Shown: positions 1-9,012, numbered from the stretch's first letter. The stretch: 64,000 nt of DNA from an uncultured Syntrophomonadaceae bacterium (GCA_964389365.1 CAYMDO010000008.1:5231-69230), one strand, 5' to 3'. The notes: generated by a model not told the origin, from the sequence alone. A program made the numbers and translations.

Positions 1-771
1 GTCGTCATTGACGCCGGCGGTTATCAAACGCGGTCATACACCGCCTGCGGACGTCATGCCCTGTGTGTCTTTGAGTTTATTTATTTTGCCCGCCCCGACA
101 GCAACCTGTACGGTCGCAACGTCCACCTGGTACGTAAAGAACTTGGCCGGCGCCAGGCGCGGGAACACCCGGTTGCCGCCGATATCGTGATCGGCGTGCC
201 GGACTCCTCCCTTTCCGCGGCCTCTGGTGTGGCCGAACAACTGCAACTGCCGTACGAAATGGGCTTTGTCAAGAATCGTTATATAGGCAGGACTTTTATC
301 CAGCCTACTCAGCAGATGCGCTCCCTTGGCGTCAGGCTGAAACTCAACCCGTTGCGGCAGCTGATCAGCGGCAAGCGCATTTGCCTGGTGGACGACTCCA
401 TCGTGCGGGGCACCACCTCCCTGCGCATAGTGGAAATGCTGCGCAATGCCGGTGCGCGCGAGGTGCACGTCCTGATCAGTTCGCCTCCGGTTATTTCGCC
501 CTGTTATTATGGAATAGACACCTCAGTTGCCGGTGAACTGGTGGCCGCGCGCCTCCCCGCAGGGGAAATCGCGAAAGCAATTGGCGCTGATTCCCTTGGC
601 TACCTCAGCATGGAGGGGATGATGGAGTCCGTCGGCCTGCCGGCCGGGGACGGCTGCAACGCCTGTTTTTCCGGCAGCTACCCGGCCGATGTGCCGCCTG
701 TTGGTGCGGGGAAACACCTGGTAGACCCGTGTGACCCGGATGTAGAAGATAATGGGGGGTGCTGCGGCTGA
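1..771 (+). CDS. purF: amidophosphoribosyltransferase, C-terminal part (5' end lies outside the window)
   Basis: Frame 1 is open from nt 1. The translation (..[60 protein letters not shown]) matches PurF core and PRTase motifs. purM and purN follow. Confidence 0.9.
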   Translation, partial: VVIDAGGYQTRSYTACGRHALCVFEFIYFARPDSNLYGRNVHLVRKELGRRQAREHPVAADIVIGVPDSSLSAASGVAEQLQLPYEMGFVKNRYIGRTFIQPTQQMRSLGVRLKLNPLRQLISGKRICLVDDSIVRGTTSLRIVEMLRNAGAREVHVLISSPPVISPCYYGIDTSVAGELVAARLPAGEIAKAIGADSLGYLSMEGMMESVGLPAGDGCNACFSGSYPADVPPVGAGKHLVDPCDPDVEDNGGCCG

Positions 772-1799
772 TGAGTTTCACTTATAAGCAGGCCGGCGTG
801 GACATTGCCGCCGGCAATGAGGCCGTCAGGCTGATGCGCTCCGCGGTGCGGAGCACTTTCCGCCCGGAAGTATTGGCCGATATTGGCGGCTTTGGCGGAC
901 TGTTTGCCCTTGACACCGCGAAGTACCGGGAGCCGGTGCTGGTGGCCGGGGCGGACGGAGTCGGCACGAAGCTGAAAATCGCTTTCCTGATGGATAAACA
1001 CGATACCGTCGGCCAGGACGCCGTGGCCATGTGTGTAAACGATATAATCGTCCAGGGAGCGGAACCGCTTTTTTTCCTTGACTACCTGGCGGTGGGTTCG
1101 CTTAACCCGGTGAAAGTAGCCGAGATCGTCGGCGGCGTTGCGGCCGGCTGCCGTCTGGCCGGTTGTGCGCTGCTGGGAGGGGAGACGGCCGAAATGCCTG
1201 GAATTTATGCGGACCAGGAATACGACCTAGCCGGCTTTGCCGTTGGCGTGGCCGAACGCGGTAGAGTCATTGACGGGTCAGGCGTGCGGGCCGGCGATGT
1301 GTTGGTCGGACTCCCTTCCTCCGGGCTGCACAGCAACGGCTATTCCCTGGCGCGCCATGTTTTTCTGACCAAGGCAGGCTGGACGGTGGGACGCTTCGTG
1401 CCGGAATTTGGCCGGACGCTGGGAGAGGAACTGCTGGCGCCCACCAGGATTTATGCCCTTCCGGTGCTGGCTGTGAGCGCAGGGGTACCACTCCGCGGGA
1501 TGGCCCATATTACAGGAGGCGGCCTGGTGGAGAACCTGCCGCGCTGTCTGCCCGCCGGGCTCGGCGCTGTTCTGGATCGTTCGGCCTGGGAGGTGCCGCC
1601 GGTGTTTTCCATAGTGCAGTCCCTGGGTAACGTAGCGGAGCAGGAAATGCTGCAGACTTTTAACATGGGTCTTGGCCTGGTGCTGGTTGTGCCGGACAGC
1701 GAAGCTGATTTGGCTGTGCGCCTGCTGCGCGAGGCGGGGGAGAGGCCGCTTGTCGTCGGGGAAGTGGTGCCCGGGGCGGGCGTCAGTTTCAGGGACTAA
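771..1799 (+). CDS. purM: phosphoribosylformylglycinamidine cyclo-ligase (AIR synthetase)
   Basis: ORF 759..1799. The likely ATG at 771 ([19 protein letters not shown]) overlaps the purF stop. PurM-like along its full length and sits in the pur operon. Confidence 0.93.
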   Translation: MSFTYKQAGVDIAAGNEAVRLMRSAVRSTFRPEVLADIGGFGGLFALDTAKYREPVLVAGADGVGTKLKIAFLMDKHDTVGQDAVAMCVNDIIVQGAEPLFFLDYLAVGSLNPVKVAEIVGGVAAGCRLAGCALLGGETAEMPGIYADQEYDLAGFAVGVAERGRVIDGSGVRAGDVLVGLPSSGLHSNGYSLARHVFLTKAGWTVGRFVPEFGRTLGEELLAPTRIYALPVLAVSAGVPLRGMAHITGGGLVENLPRCLPAGLGAVLDRSAWEVPPVFSIVQSLGNVAEQEMLQTFNMGLGLVLVVPDSEADLAVRLLREAGERPLVVGEVVPGAGVSFRD

Positions 1800-1809
1800 A
1801 GGAGTGACT

Positions 1810-2430
1810 GTGCCAGTGTTGAAACGAATCGCCGTGCTGGCTTCAGGCCGTGGCAGCAATCTGCAGGCTATTATTGACGCCGTCGAAAGCGGCATAATTC
1901 AGGGCGCCGCGGTGGCGCTGGTCGTGAGCGACAGGAAAAACGCTTATGCCCTGGATCGGGCTAGGCAGAAAAAAATACCTACCGCCTACTTAAACCCACG
2001 CCTGTATGTTTCCCGCGAGGAGTATGACCGGGAACTGATGGCCTACCTTGAGGAACAACAAACAGACTTGGTGGTGCTGGCCGGGTTTATGCGCCTGCTC
2101 ACCCCTTATTTTGTGCTTGCCTTCCAGCACAGGATATTAAACATCCATCCCTCGCTGCTACCTGCTTTCCCGGGGAAAAACGGCGTAGCCGACGCGCTGG
2201 CCTATGGCGTAAAAGTTACCGGTTGTACCGTCCATTTTGTTGACGAAGGACTGGACACTGGACCCATCATCCTGCAGGAAGCGCTGACGGTAGCCGCAAA
2301 CGACACGGTGGAAAGCCTGCACCGGCGTATTCATGCCTTAGAGCACCGGCTTTACTCGCAGGCCATCAACCTGTGGGTGAATGGCAAGCTAAGGATACAG
2401 GGAAGAAGGTGTTCAATCGATGAAGAGTAA
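1810..2430 (+). CDS. purN: phosphoribosylglycinamide formyltransferase
   Basis: GTG at 1810 lies 6-8 nt after [41 protein letters not shown] is typical of PurN. Confidence 0.9.
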   Translation: MPVLKRIAVLASGRGSNLQAIIDAVESGIIQGAAVALVVSDRKNAYALDRARQKKIPTAYLNPRLYVSREEYDRELMAYLEEQQTDLVVLAGFMRLLTPYFVLAFQHRILNIHPSLLPAFPGKNGVADALAYGVKVTGCTVHFVDEGLDTGPIILQEALTVAANDTVESLHRRIHALEHRLYSQAINLWVNGKLRIQGRRCSIDEE

Positions 2431-3935
2431 ACCGGCCTGGTCGAATTTGCCCGTGGCCTGGTAAAGCTGGGCTATACTGTCATCTTCACCGGAGGAACCA
2501 AAAAACGCTGCAGGAAGCCGGCCTGCCGGTAACCGGTGTTTCGGAGGTGACCGGGTTCCCGGAAATCCTGGACGGCCGTGTCAAGACACTGCACCCGCTG
2601 ATCCACGGCGGTATCCTGGCCCGCCGTGACTAGGAGGTGCACAGGCAGCAACTTGACGCGCACGGTATCGGCGCCATTGACTTGGTGGCAGTTAATCTTT
2701 ACCCGTTTGCGCAAACGGTGGCGAAGCTTAATGTCACGCTGGAGGAAGCTGTAGAAAACATAGACATCGGCGGCCCGGCCATGGTACGGGCGGCGGCCAA
2801 AAACTACTGCCATGTGGCGGTAGTGGTTAACCCGGCCCGCTACGGGGAGGTCCTGTCAGAGCTCACGCAGCACGGGTCGATAAGCGAAGCTGTACGTTTT
2901 GCCCTTTCCGTGGAGGCGTTTACCCACACGGCCGAATACGCTGCAATGATCAGCGGTTGGCTGCAGCGGCAGTTACCCGGTGCCCCGGCATTCCCGCAAA
3001 CGCTGGTGCTGCCTTTTACCCTGCAGCAGGCGTTGCGCTACGGGGAAAATCCGCAAGTCGAGGCCGCTTTTTACCGGGAAGCGGCCCCCTCACCCGGCAG
3101 CATAGGCGCCGCACGTCAGTTGCACGGACGGGAACTGTCCTTTAACAACCTGAACGACTTAAACGCCGCCTGGGACCTGGTGCGGGAATTTGCCGAGCCG
3201 GCGGCGGTGGCCGTCAAGCATACCAACCCCTGCGGCGTGGCTGTGGGGTGGGACCTCTTCAGTGCGTACGCGGCAGCTTATGATGCTGACCTGGTTTTCA
3301 TCTTCGAAGGCATCGTGGCTGTCAACCGGACGTTAGACGCCCATACGGCGGCCAGGATGAGCGAAATTTTCCTGGAAGTGATTATCGCCCCGGAGTATGA
3401 ACCGGAGGCGTTGGAGATGTTGACGGCCAAAGCTGACCTGCGCCTGCTTTCGTGCCCGCTTGACCCTGCTTCCCGACAGACCATAGACTTTAAGAAAGTC
3501 TCCGGGGGGCTGCTGATCCAGGAGGCGGACAATCAGCCGGTCGAGCCAGCCGTCTGGAAACAGGTCAGTAAAGCGGGCGCGAGCGCTCAAATGCTGGCTG
3601 ACATGGTCTTTGCCATGAAGGTAGTCAAACACGTTAAGTCCAACGCCATTGTACTGGCTGCAAACGGCCAGACGGTCGGTATCGGCGCCGGGCAGATGAA
3701 TCGTGTCGGAGTTGCCCGCATCGCAGTTGCCCAGGCCGGGCAAAAGGCCCGCGGCTCTGTCCTGGCGTCAGACGCTTTCTTCTTGTTCCGCGATACGGTT
3801 GACGAGGCGGCGGCAGCCGGAGTGGCCGGCATCGTCCAGCCGGGCGGCTCCCTGAAGGACCAGGAATCGGTTGCGGCAGCCGATGAGTACGGCCTAGTCA
3901 TGCTGATGACCGGCAGACGCTTCTTTAAACACTAG
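2428..3935 (+). pseudogene. purH: bifunctional AICAR transformylase / IMP cyclohydrolase, disrupted
   Basis: PurH-like text ([25 protein letters not shown] / [42 protein letters not shown] / EVHRQQLDAHGIGAIDLVAVNLYPF..) is spread over two frames. There is no start upstream of TGLVEF (a TAA at 2428-2430 occupies that position), a -1 shift in the A6 run near 2496-2501, and an in-frame TAG at 2631-2633. Only 2637..3935 remains as an ORF. Conserved C-terminal motifs are also altered (FFLFRD, RRFFKH). Confidence 0.8.
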
Positions 3936-3947
3936 GAGGGAATTCCT

Positions 3948-5225
3948 GTGCGGATTATGATCGTTGGCAGCGGCGGTCGGGAGCATGCCCTGGCCTGGAA
4001 ACTGAGCATGAGTCCACGGGTGCAAAAAATCTATTGTGTTCCGGGAAACGCCGGCATCGCGCAGGCAGCCAAATGCCTGCCGGCTGACCTTGAGGACTCC
4101 GACAGGTTTGTTCATCTGGCCGTGCAAAACGAAGTGGACCTGGTGGTAGTCGGACCGGAGGCGCCACTGGCGACAGGCCTGGTCGATGCCCTTACCGCCG
4201 CCGGGGTGCCGGCTTTCGGTCCCGGCAAGCTTGCCGCTCAACTGGAAAGCAGCAAGGTCTTTGCCAAGCAGTTGATGGAGAGGTACCAGATCCCGACCGC
4301 TGCCGGCAGTGTTTTTACCGGTTCGGCAGCCGCACTCGCTGAGATTGAAAAGAGAGGTGTCCCCATTGTCGTTAAGGCAGATGGCCTGGCTGCCGGCAAA
4401 GGAGTAATTGTAGCCGCCACCAGGGAAGAAGCGGCACGTGCCGTCCGACTGATCATGGAGGAGCGCGCCTTTGGCTCTGCCGGTAACAAGGTTCTTCTTG
4501 AATAATACCTGGCGGGAGAGGAACTTTCTGTTTTGGCGTTTACCGATGGCGAAACGGTCGTCCCGATGGCCTCCGCCCAGGACCATAAGGCCGTCTTTGA
4601 CGGCGATACCGGCCCTAACACCGGCGGCATGGGAGCGTATTCCACGGCGCCTTTGCTGACGCCGGAACTGCTTGCAGAAGTGCAGGAGGAAATCCTGCTG
4701 CCCACCGTCCGCGCCCTGCGTCGTGAAGGCATCGTTTTCCGGGGCGTTCTCTACGCCGGGCTGATGATCACGGCCGGCGGCCCTAAAGTAATGGAATTCA
4801 ACGTACGCTTTGGCGATCCGGAATGCCAGGTAATCCTGCCCCGTTTAAAGAGTGACCTAGGAGCGGTAATGTTAGCCACGATTAACGGCAACCTAGGCGA
4901 GCAGGACCTGCACTGGCACAACTACCATACTGCCTGTGTAGTTATGGCTTTAGGCGGCTACCTGGGACCTTACGAAAAAGGTCACTCTATTTCCGGACTG
5001 GAGCAAGCAGCAGCTATGCCTGATGTCCAGGTCTTTCACAGCGGCACGGTACTTCAGGACGGTAAAACGGTGACCAACGGTGGCCGCGTTCTTTCCGTTA
5101 CGGCCTGGGGCGCTTCCCTGCCGGCGGCCCTGGACAAAGCTTACGCCGCCTGCCGGGTCATATCTTTTACCAGTGCATACTACCGGAAAGACATCGGCCA
5201 CCGTGCCCTGCGCCGGGAAGTTTAA
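3948..5225 (+). pseudogene. purD: phosphoribosylamine-glycine ligase interrupted by an in-frame TAA
   Basis: ORFs 3948..4505 and 4533..5225 are in the same frame. The sequence reads ..GNKVLLE-TAA(4503-4505)-YLAGEELSVLAFTDGETVVPMASAQDHKAVFDGDTGPNTGGMGAYS, so continuous PurD similarity runs across the stop. Confidence 0.85.
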
Positions 5226-5301
5226 GGATTCTTAAAACTCGACATAACATTTCCTTAAATGAGAGAGCGTATAATCATAGAAAAATGAGGGGGTAGGCAA
5301 T

Positions 5302-5403
5302 GTGAACAAGTGGCTTGTCCCGATGCTGCTACTGATGGTAATAACCCTGACAGCCGGCTGCCCGCGCCGGGCATCGTGGACGCCGACCGTCAGGAAATCC
5401 TGA
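5302..5403 (+). pseudogene. remnant of a lipoprotein gene (signal peptide plus lipobox only)
   Basis: GAGGGGG lies 8 nt before GTG 5302. VNKWLVPMLLLMVITLTAGC is a lipobox ending at Cys 5359-5361. The frame then runs into unrelated sequence and stops at 5401-5403. Confidence 0.4.
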
Positions 5404-5597
5404 ACCGCTCGGAGGTGTACAGTGGCGTATACGGCAGGGCGAGCGTGAACTTCTGCGCCTTCAACTCAAACGGCAACAAGGGCATCGCCTGTGGACTGAA
5501 CAACCTGCAGAAAATCCGCGACGGCGAACCGCTCGGCGGCAAATCCCGCGCGGAGGACGACTTCGCCACCTACGACGAAGAGAACTTCCTGTCGTGA
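5365..5597 (+). pseudogene. 3' fragment of a phage DUF2815-like (ssDNA-binding-like) gene
   Basis: PGIVDADRQEILNRSEVYSGVYGRASVNFCAFNSNGNKGIACGLNNLQKIRDGEPLGGKSRAEDDFATYDEENFLS matches, from memory, the C-terminal ~75 aa of DUF2815 phage proteins. The N-terminal two-thirds are absent. Confidence 0.5.
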
Positions 5598-6082
5598 GGT
5601 CAAAGGAAAAAGCTACCGGGGGAGTGTTGTCTGCTCTCTCGGCTGCAACTTTTGAAACAGAGGTTTGGAAAGACGTCCCTGGTTACGAAAATCGGTATCA
5701 AGCCAGTAATTTCGGACGGATAAAGAACCTTTAACGCATAATTATTCGCCAGCATCCGAAATCAAAGATTCTCACTGAATACCGGATTCGTGAGCGGCTT
5801 ATGAATACAGTTTTAAATTCTCACGGCTATCTCGTCATTGGGCTTGGTCAACACAACGCTCAGAAAGTTCACCGCCTTATCGCGCTTACGTTCTTAGGCG
5901 AGTGCTCTTCCAATATGGAGGTTCGACACCTTAATGGTTGCAGAAGCGACAACTGTATTGAAAATCTAAGTTATGGCACTCGAAGTGAAATCATATCGAC
6001 AGATACGGTTATGGCGGGCGTATGGGTACCCTAGCGATTACTGATGTCGTCGAAATACGAAGGTTGATAGACCGCTCTTGAG
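5594..6082 (+). pseudogene. NUMOD4/HNH_3-type homing endonuclease, disrupted
   Basis: EVWKDVPGYENRYQASNFGRIKNL (NUMOD4-like) is followed by an in-frame TAA at 5732-5734. The same frame then reads ..GYLVIGLGQHNAQKVHRLIALTFLGECSSNMEVRHLNGCRSDNCIENLSYGTRSE (HNH_3-like). The tail ..DRYGYGGRMGTLAITDVVEIRRL continues in another frame, so there is a frameshift near 5990. Confidence 0.6.
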
Positions 6083-6376
6083 TTAGTCCGCCATGGCATA
6101 CGCGCGCATCATCAGGTTCGCATGTTTGAGTATAGCGTTGACTTTGTGCTGCCGGAGTACAAGGTTGCGCTTGAAGTTGACGGAACAATATTTCACGGCA
6201 AAGAAAAATTACGGCAACAGCAATTGCGCGATGAGGCCGTTATATGGAAATTAGGCTGCGGGTGGGAAGTCATAAGAATTTCGACTGATAATATCAACAC
6301 CAACATCACAAAGATAGTTCCTGCAATTGAGGCTGTCATTGAAAAAAGAGCAAAGCAAAAAAGCCAAAAGCAATAA
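6071..6376 (+). pseudogene. DUF559/Vsr-like endonuclease-domain fragment
   Basis: The frame is open from 6071 without a start codon. ..HQVRMFEYSVDFVLPEYKVALEVDGTIFHG..RDEAVIWKLGCGWEVIRIS resembles the DUF559 core. It is N-terminally incomplete, with the first ATG only at 6122. Confidence 0.4.
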
Positions 6377-6453
6377 AAGGACTGCACATTAATTCACTTG
6401 CATTCTTTTTTGTAGATGGTATAGTGGCATTAGTAAAAGTGTGCCAATTGGTA

Positions 6454-6488
6454 AAAAGCCTTTGCGGGCTAAACCTGCGGGGGCTTTT
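6454..6488 (+). terminator. hairpin followed by a T-run
   Basis: aaaagcc-tttgcggg-ctaaa-cctgcggg-ggctttt gives nested stems, followed by tcttat. Confidence 0.45.
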
Positions 6489-6513
6489 CTTATGCCAAAA
6501 ATGAGGTGACCCG

Positions 6514-6879
6514 ATGCCTTTTAAGCCTAAACGTCCCTGTTCCCATTTCAGCTGTCCGAAGCTGACGGACGATAGGTTTTGCGCAGAACACGCCAAAGAG
6601 GAAGCAAAACGGTACGAACGTTACCAGCGCGACCCGGCGACGCGCAAGCTCTACGGCCGGACGTGGCGGAAGGTGCGCGACCGCTACCGCGCGGCGCATC
6701 CGCTCTGCGAACGCTGCTTAGAGCAGGGAAGGATTACGCCGACGCAGGAAGTCCACCACGTCAAGCCGCTCGCGCAAGGCGGCACCAACGATGACGATAA
6801 TCTCACGGCGTTGTGTACTTCCTGCCACTCGGAGATCACCGCGCGTGAAGGCGGACGCTGGCAGAGACGCTTAGAATAA
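6514..6879 (+). CDS. HNH endonuclease (phage type)
   Basis: 121 aa, apparently intact. ..HPLCERCLEQGRITPTQEVHHVKPLAQGGTNDDDNLTALCTSCHSEIT carries the HNH motif and Cys pairs. Confidence 0.85.
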   Translation: MPFKPKRPCSHFSCPKLTDDRFCAEHAKEEAKRYERYQRDPATRKLYGRTWRKVRDRYRAAHPLCERCLEQGRITPTQEVHHVKPLAQGGTNDDDNLTALCTSCHSEITAREGGRWQRRLE

Positions 6880-7146
6880 ATCACTGTGGGTACCCGTGCG
6901 GGTCAGCGTAAGGATTAGAACATCGTTCTCAATACGATAGATAAGCAGCCAATCGGGCTGGATATGACATTCCCGATGCCCGACATAGGTGCCGGTCAAT
7001 TCATGGTCGCGGTTACTCGAAGGAAGCGGGATGCCCTGCGCCAGCTTCGCAATGATTTTGTCAAGCAAGGAAATATCCAAGTTGCGTTTTCCCATCAGCT
7101 TGTAGTCCTTGCGGAATCTGCTTGTTAGTTTGACGGTATATTTCAT
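6871..7146 (-). CDS. type II toxin, YafQ/RelE family
   Basis: 91 aa. MKYTVKLTSRFRKDYKLM...HELTGTYVGHRECHIQPDWLLIYR is typical of YafQ-like mRNA interferases. It overlaps the upstream antitoxin gene by 4 nt. Confidence 0.85.
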   Translation of the reverse strand: MKYTVKLTSRFRKDYKLMGKRNLDISLLDKIIAKLAQGIPLPSSNRDHELTGTYVGHRECHIQPDWLLIYRIENDVLILTLTRTGTHSDLF

Positions 7147-7415
7147 GCTTTCAAATCCTTAAACAGCGCGTCAAGATCGGTATAACCCCTAACGTTCGGG
7201 TCGCGGGCAATGGTTTCCGCTTCTCTCATTGCCGCGATTGTTTCTGCATTCGGAACACGGGAAATCTTAAACGGGATTCCTTGGAACCGTACAGCCTGCC
7301 GAAGGAACATGGTCATGGCTGTGGTCATATTGAGACCCAAGTCCGAGAAGAGTTCTTCGGCCTGCTTCTTAAGTTGAACATCCATCCGGATGCTGACATT
7401 TGTGGTTTCATTCAT
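7143..7415 (-). CDS. type II antitoxin, DinJ/RelB family
   Basis: 90 aa. VSIRMDVQLKKQAEELFSDLGLNMTTAMTMFLRQAV is a DinJ-like ribbon-helix-helix N-terminus. Confidence 0.85.
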   Translation of the reverse strand: MNETTNVSIRMDVQLKKQAEELFSDLGLNMTTAMTMFLRQAVRFQGIPFKISRVPNAETIAAMREAETIARDPNVRGYTDLDALFKDLKA

Positions 7416-7439
7416 GGCATTACACTCCTTTCATTGCTT

Positions 7440-7477
7440 AGTATATTCAATATACTGCATGATATTTACGTTGTCAA
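7440..7477 (-). promoter_or_regulatory. sigma-A-type promoter with overlapping palindromic operator for the TA operon
   Basis: On the minus strand: TTGACA (7477-7472), a 17-nt spacer, then TATATT (7454-7449). A perfect palindrome agtatat-tca-atatact at 7440-7456 overlaps the -10, about 25 nt upstream of the antitoxin ATG. Confidence 0.55.
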
Positions 7478-7611
7478 TGCAAAAGCAAAATGTGTGCGTC
7501 CGGTAGGGGCGGTCAAAATCTCTGCAACCTTCGCCCAGGGCAACGGGCGGCGGGTCACGCGCGAAAAAATCACGGTTCAAACAGGGGATTAAGCCCCGCC
7601 GCGGCAAGGAG

Positions 7612-8283
7612 GTGAGGGCGTGTGGCAAAAGACGGAATAACCCGTGGCTGCGGCGCTACGTCAGCCCGGACGACGGGCTATTGGGCAGGAACCGGCATAA
7701 CAACCACTGGAACCAGGACAGGCCCGACGGACGGCTGGTTTGTGTCCATGCCTTTATCGGGAGGCTTGCGGATGGCTCAATTGCCACTTACCAGACTTTG
7801 CCGTGGAACCATCGCGGCTGGCACTGCGGCAGATGCGTGAGAGGCTCCGGCAACGACACGCATATCTCCTTCGAGATCAGCGAGGATAACCTGACCGACG
7901 CTGCCTATTTCAACGCCGTGTACAAGGAAGCCGCAGAACTTTGCGCTTTCCTCTGCAAAGAGTACACCCTTGATCCAATGGCTGACGGCATTATCATCGG
8001 GCATTATGAAGGGCATAGGCGCGGCATCGCTTCCAACCACGCAGACCCCGGTCACTGGTTTCTAAGGCACGGGAAGTCGATGGACACCTTCCGCGCCGAG
8101 GTCAAGTGGCTACTCACGTCGGGCGAAACGCCGAAGCCACCCGCTCCCGCGCCTGCGCCTACCGAGTCGAAAAAGCTGTACCGCGTTCAGGTCGGGGCGT
8201 TCAGCTCCAAGGCAAATGCCAACGCGATGCTCGCCCGGGTAAAGGCGGCGGGGTTTGTCGACGCTTTCATCAAAACCGAATAA
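7612..8283 (+). CDS. N-acetylmuramoyl-L-alanine amidase (Amidase_2) with C-terminal SPOR domain, probably N-terminally truncated
   Basis: NNPWLRRYVSPDDGLLGRNRHNNHWNQ..LVCVHAFIG..YQTLPWNHRGWHCG..THISFEISE..IIGHYEGH..SNHADPGHWF, then a PAPAPAP linker and KLYRVQVGAFSSKANANAMLARVKAAGF (SPOR). The segment that normally precedes NNPW, which holds the first Zn-ligand His, is missing. The only good SD (AAGGAGGTG) feeds GTG 7622 in a different frame. Confidence 0.7.
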   Translation: MRACGKRRNNPWLRRYVSPDDGLLGRNRHNNHWNQDRPDGRLVCVHAFIGRLADGSIATYQTLPWNHRGWHCGRCVRGSGNDTHISFEISEDNLTDAAYFNAVYKEAAELCAFLCKEYTLDPMADGIIIGHYEGHRRGIASNHADPGHWFLRHGKSMDTFRAEVKWLLTSGETPKPPAPAPAPTESKKLYRVQVGAFSSKANANAMLARVKAAGFVDAFIKTE

Positions 8284-8310
8284 TTCGCACGTTTCGGTTG
8301 CCAACTTACA

Positions 8311-8350
8311 CCCCTCCCTGTCCTGTGGATAGTGAGGGGTTTTCCTTTTT
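8311..8350 (+). terminator. possible terminator after the amidase gene
   Basis: cccctc (8311-8316) pairs with gagggg (8334-8339) and is followed by ttttccttttt. The loop is large (17 nt). Confidence 0.35.
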
Positions 8351-8375
8351 CCACTCCGAAACGGAGGAATAGCCT

Positions 8376-8780
8376 ATGACCACATTACAAAAAGAACGAA
8401 TAGTTCATCTGCGCTCGCAAGGCGAAAGCTATGCGAGAATTGCCAACGAACTTAGAATATCGGAAAACACCGTTAAGTCTTGCTGTCGCAGAAACAATGT
8501 CAGCGTTGGTACAAAACAAGAACAGTACACTTCTAAGGATGTCTGCGACAACTGCGAATGTCCGCTCTTACACACGCCGGGGGCGAAGCGGAAACGCTTC
8601 TGCTCCGACAAATGCCGTATGATGTGGTGGAAGGCTCACCCCGAAGCCGTAAACCGCAAGGCAGTCTACCGTTTCGCCTGCCCGGCCTGCGGAGCGGAAT
8701 TTGAAGCTTGCGGGAACACGCATCACAAATACTGCTCGCGGTCTTGCTTCGGGGCGGCGAGGAGGACTTCCGATGAGTAA
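8376..8780 (+). CDS. HTH (sigma-70 region-4-like) plus Cys-rich zinc-ribbon protein
   Basis: 134 aa. LRSQGESYARIANELRISENTVKSCCRRN is a helix-turn-helix. Several CxxC pairs follow downstream. From memory, this gene type commonly precedes serine recombinases in clostridial elements. Confidence 0.6.
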   Translation: MTTLQKERIVHLRSQGESYARIANELRISENTVKSCCRRNNVSVGTKQEQYTSKDVCDNCECPLLHTPGAKRKRFCSDKCRMMWWKAHPEAVNRKAVYRFACPACGAEFEACGNTHHKYCSRSCFGAARRTSDE

Positions 8781-9012
8781 AGACGAGGCAATCCCACGCT
8801 ACAAAGCGTCAATGTCCGTGTTCAAGAAATGGCTTGATGGCGGCGTTATCACCCAGGCTGACCTGAGATCAATTGATACAATGCTCGCTTTGAAATACGG
8901 TTTATCCTCGTGCAGCATATTCCTCGAAAAAGACTTGCTATGTAAGGAAAGCAGAGTGATAGATGGTACTGCGAAAGAAGGCCGTTATGGGCAGAAAGAT
9001 AACGAAAATTGA
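8773..9012 (+). CDS. small hypothetical protein of the recombinase module
   Basis: ATG 8773 overlaps the upstream stop. 79 aa (MSKDEAIPRYKASMSVFKKWLDGGVITQADLRSIDTMLALKYGL..). Function unknown. Confidence 0.4.
   Translation: MSKDEAIPRYKASMSVFKKWLDGGVITQADLRSIDTMLALKYGLSSCSIFLEKDLLCKESRVIDGTAKEGRYGQKDNEN

Noticed and set aside
2631-2633. The in-frame TAG in purH could be read as pyrrolysine, since the organism appears to decode UAG in mttB and mtbB.
   Set aside because: The same gene also lacks a start, has a frameshift in an A-run, and shows drift in conserved motifs. No Pyl-containing PurH is known to me. A pseudogene or sequence error is the simpler reading.
3894-4586. Long antisense or alternative-frame ORFs inside well-supported genes, for example 3894..4586(-), 1278..1895(-), 14583..15158(+), 20376..20980(+), 40895..41710(+), 45621..46271(+), 27859..28359(+).
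   Set aside because: Each is fully embedded in a gene with strong family similarity on the other strand or frame. Their translations are Arg/Pro/Gly/Ala-rich, as expected from GC-rich antisense frames, and none has a ribosome-binding site.
5226-5400. A duplicated copy of the tmRNA 3' end (attL/attR-type direct repeat) at the left edge of the integrative element.
   Set aside because: Reading the region by eye, I found no match to GGTTCGATTCCCGCCGCCTCCACCA or its complement. The left edge is instead a deletion junction. This was not an exhaustive computational search.
7622-7840. The 72-aa ORF with a well-placed SD, considered as a real small gene.
   Set aside because: It overlaps the amidase frame completely and translates to Gly/Thr/Arg-rich sequence. 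More likely the SD and start are relics of the original lysin start, now out of frame after truncation or an indel.
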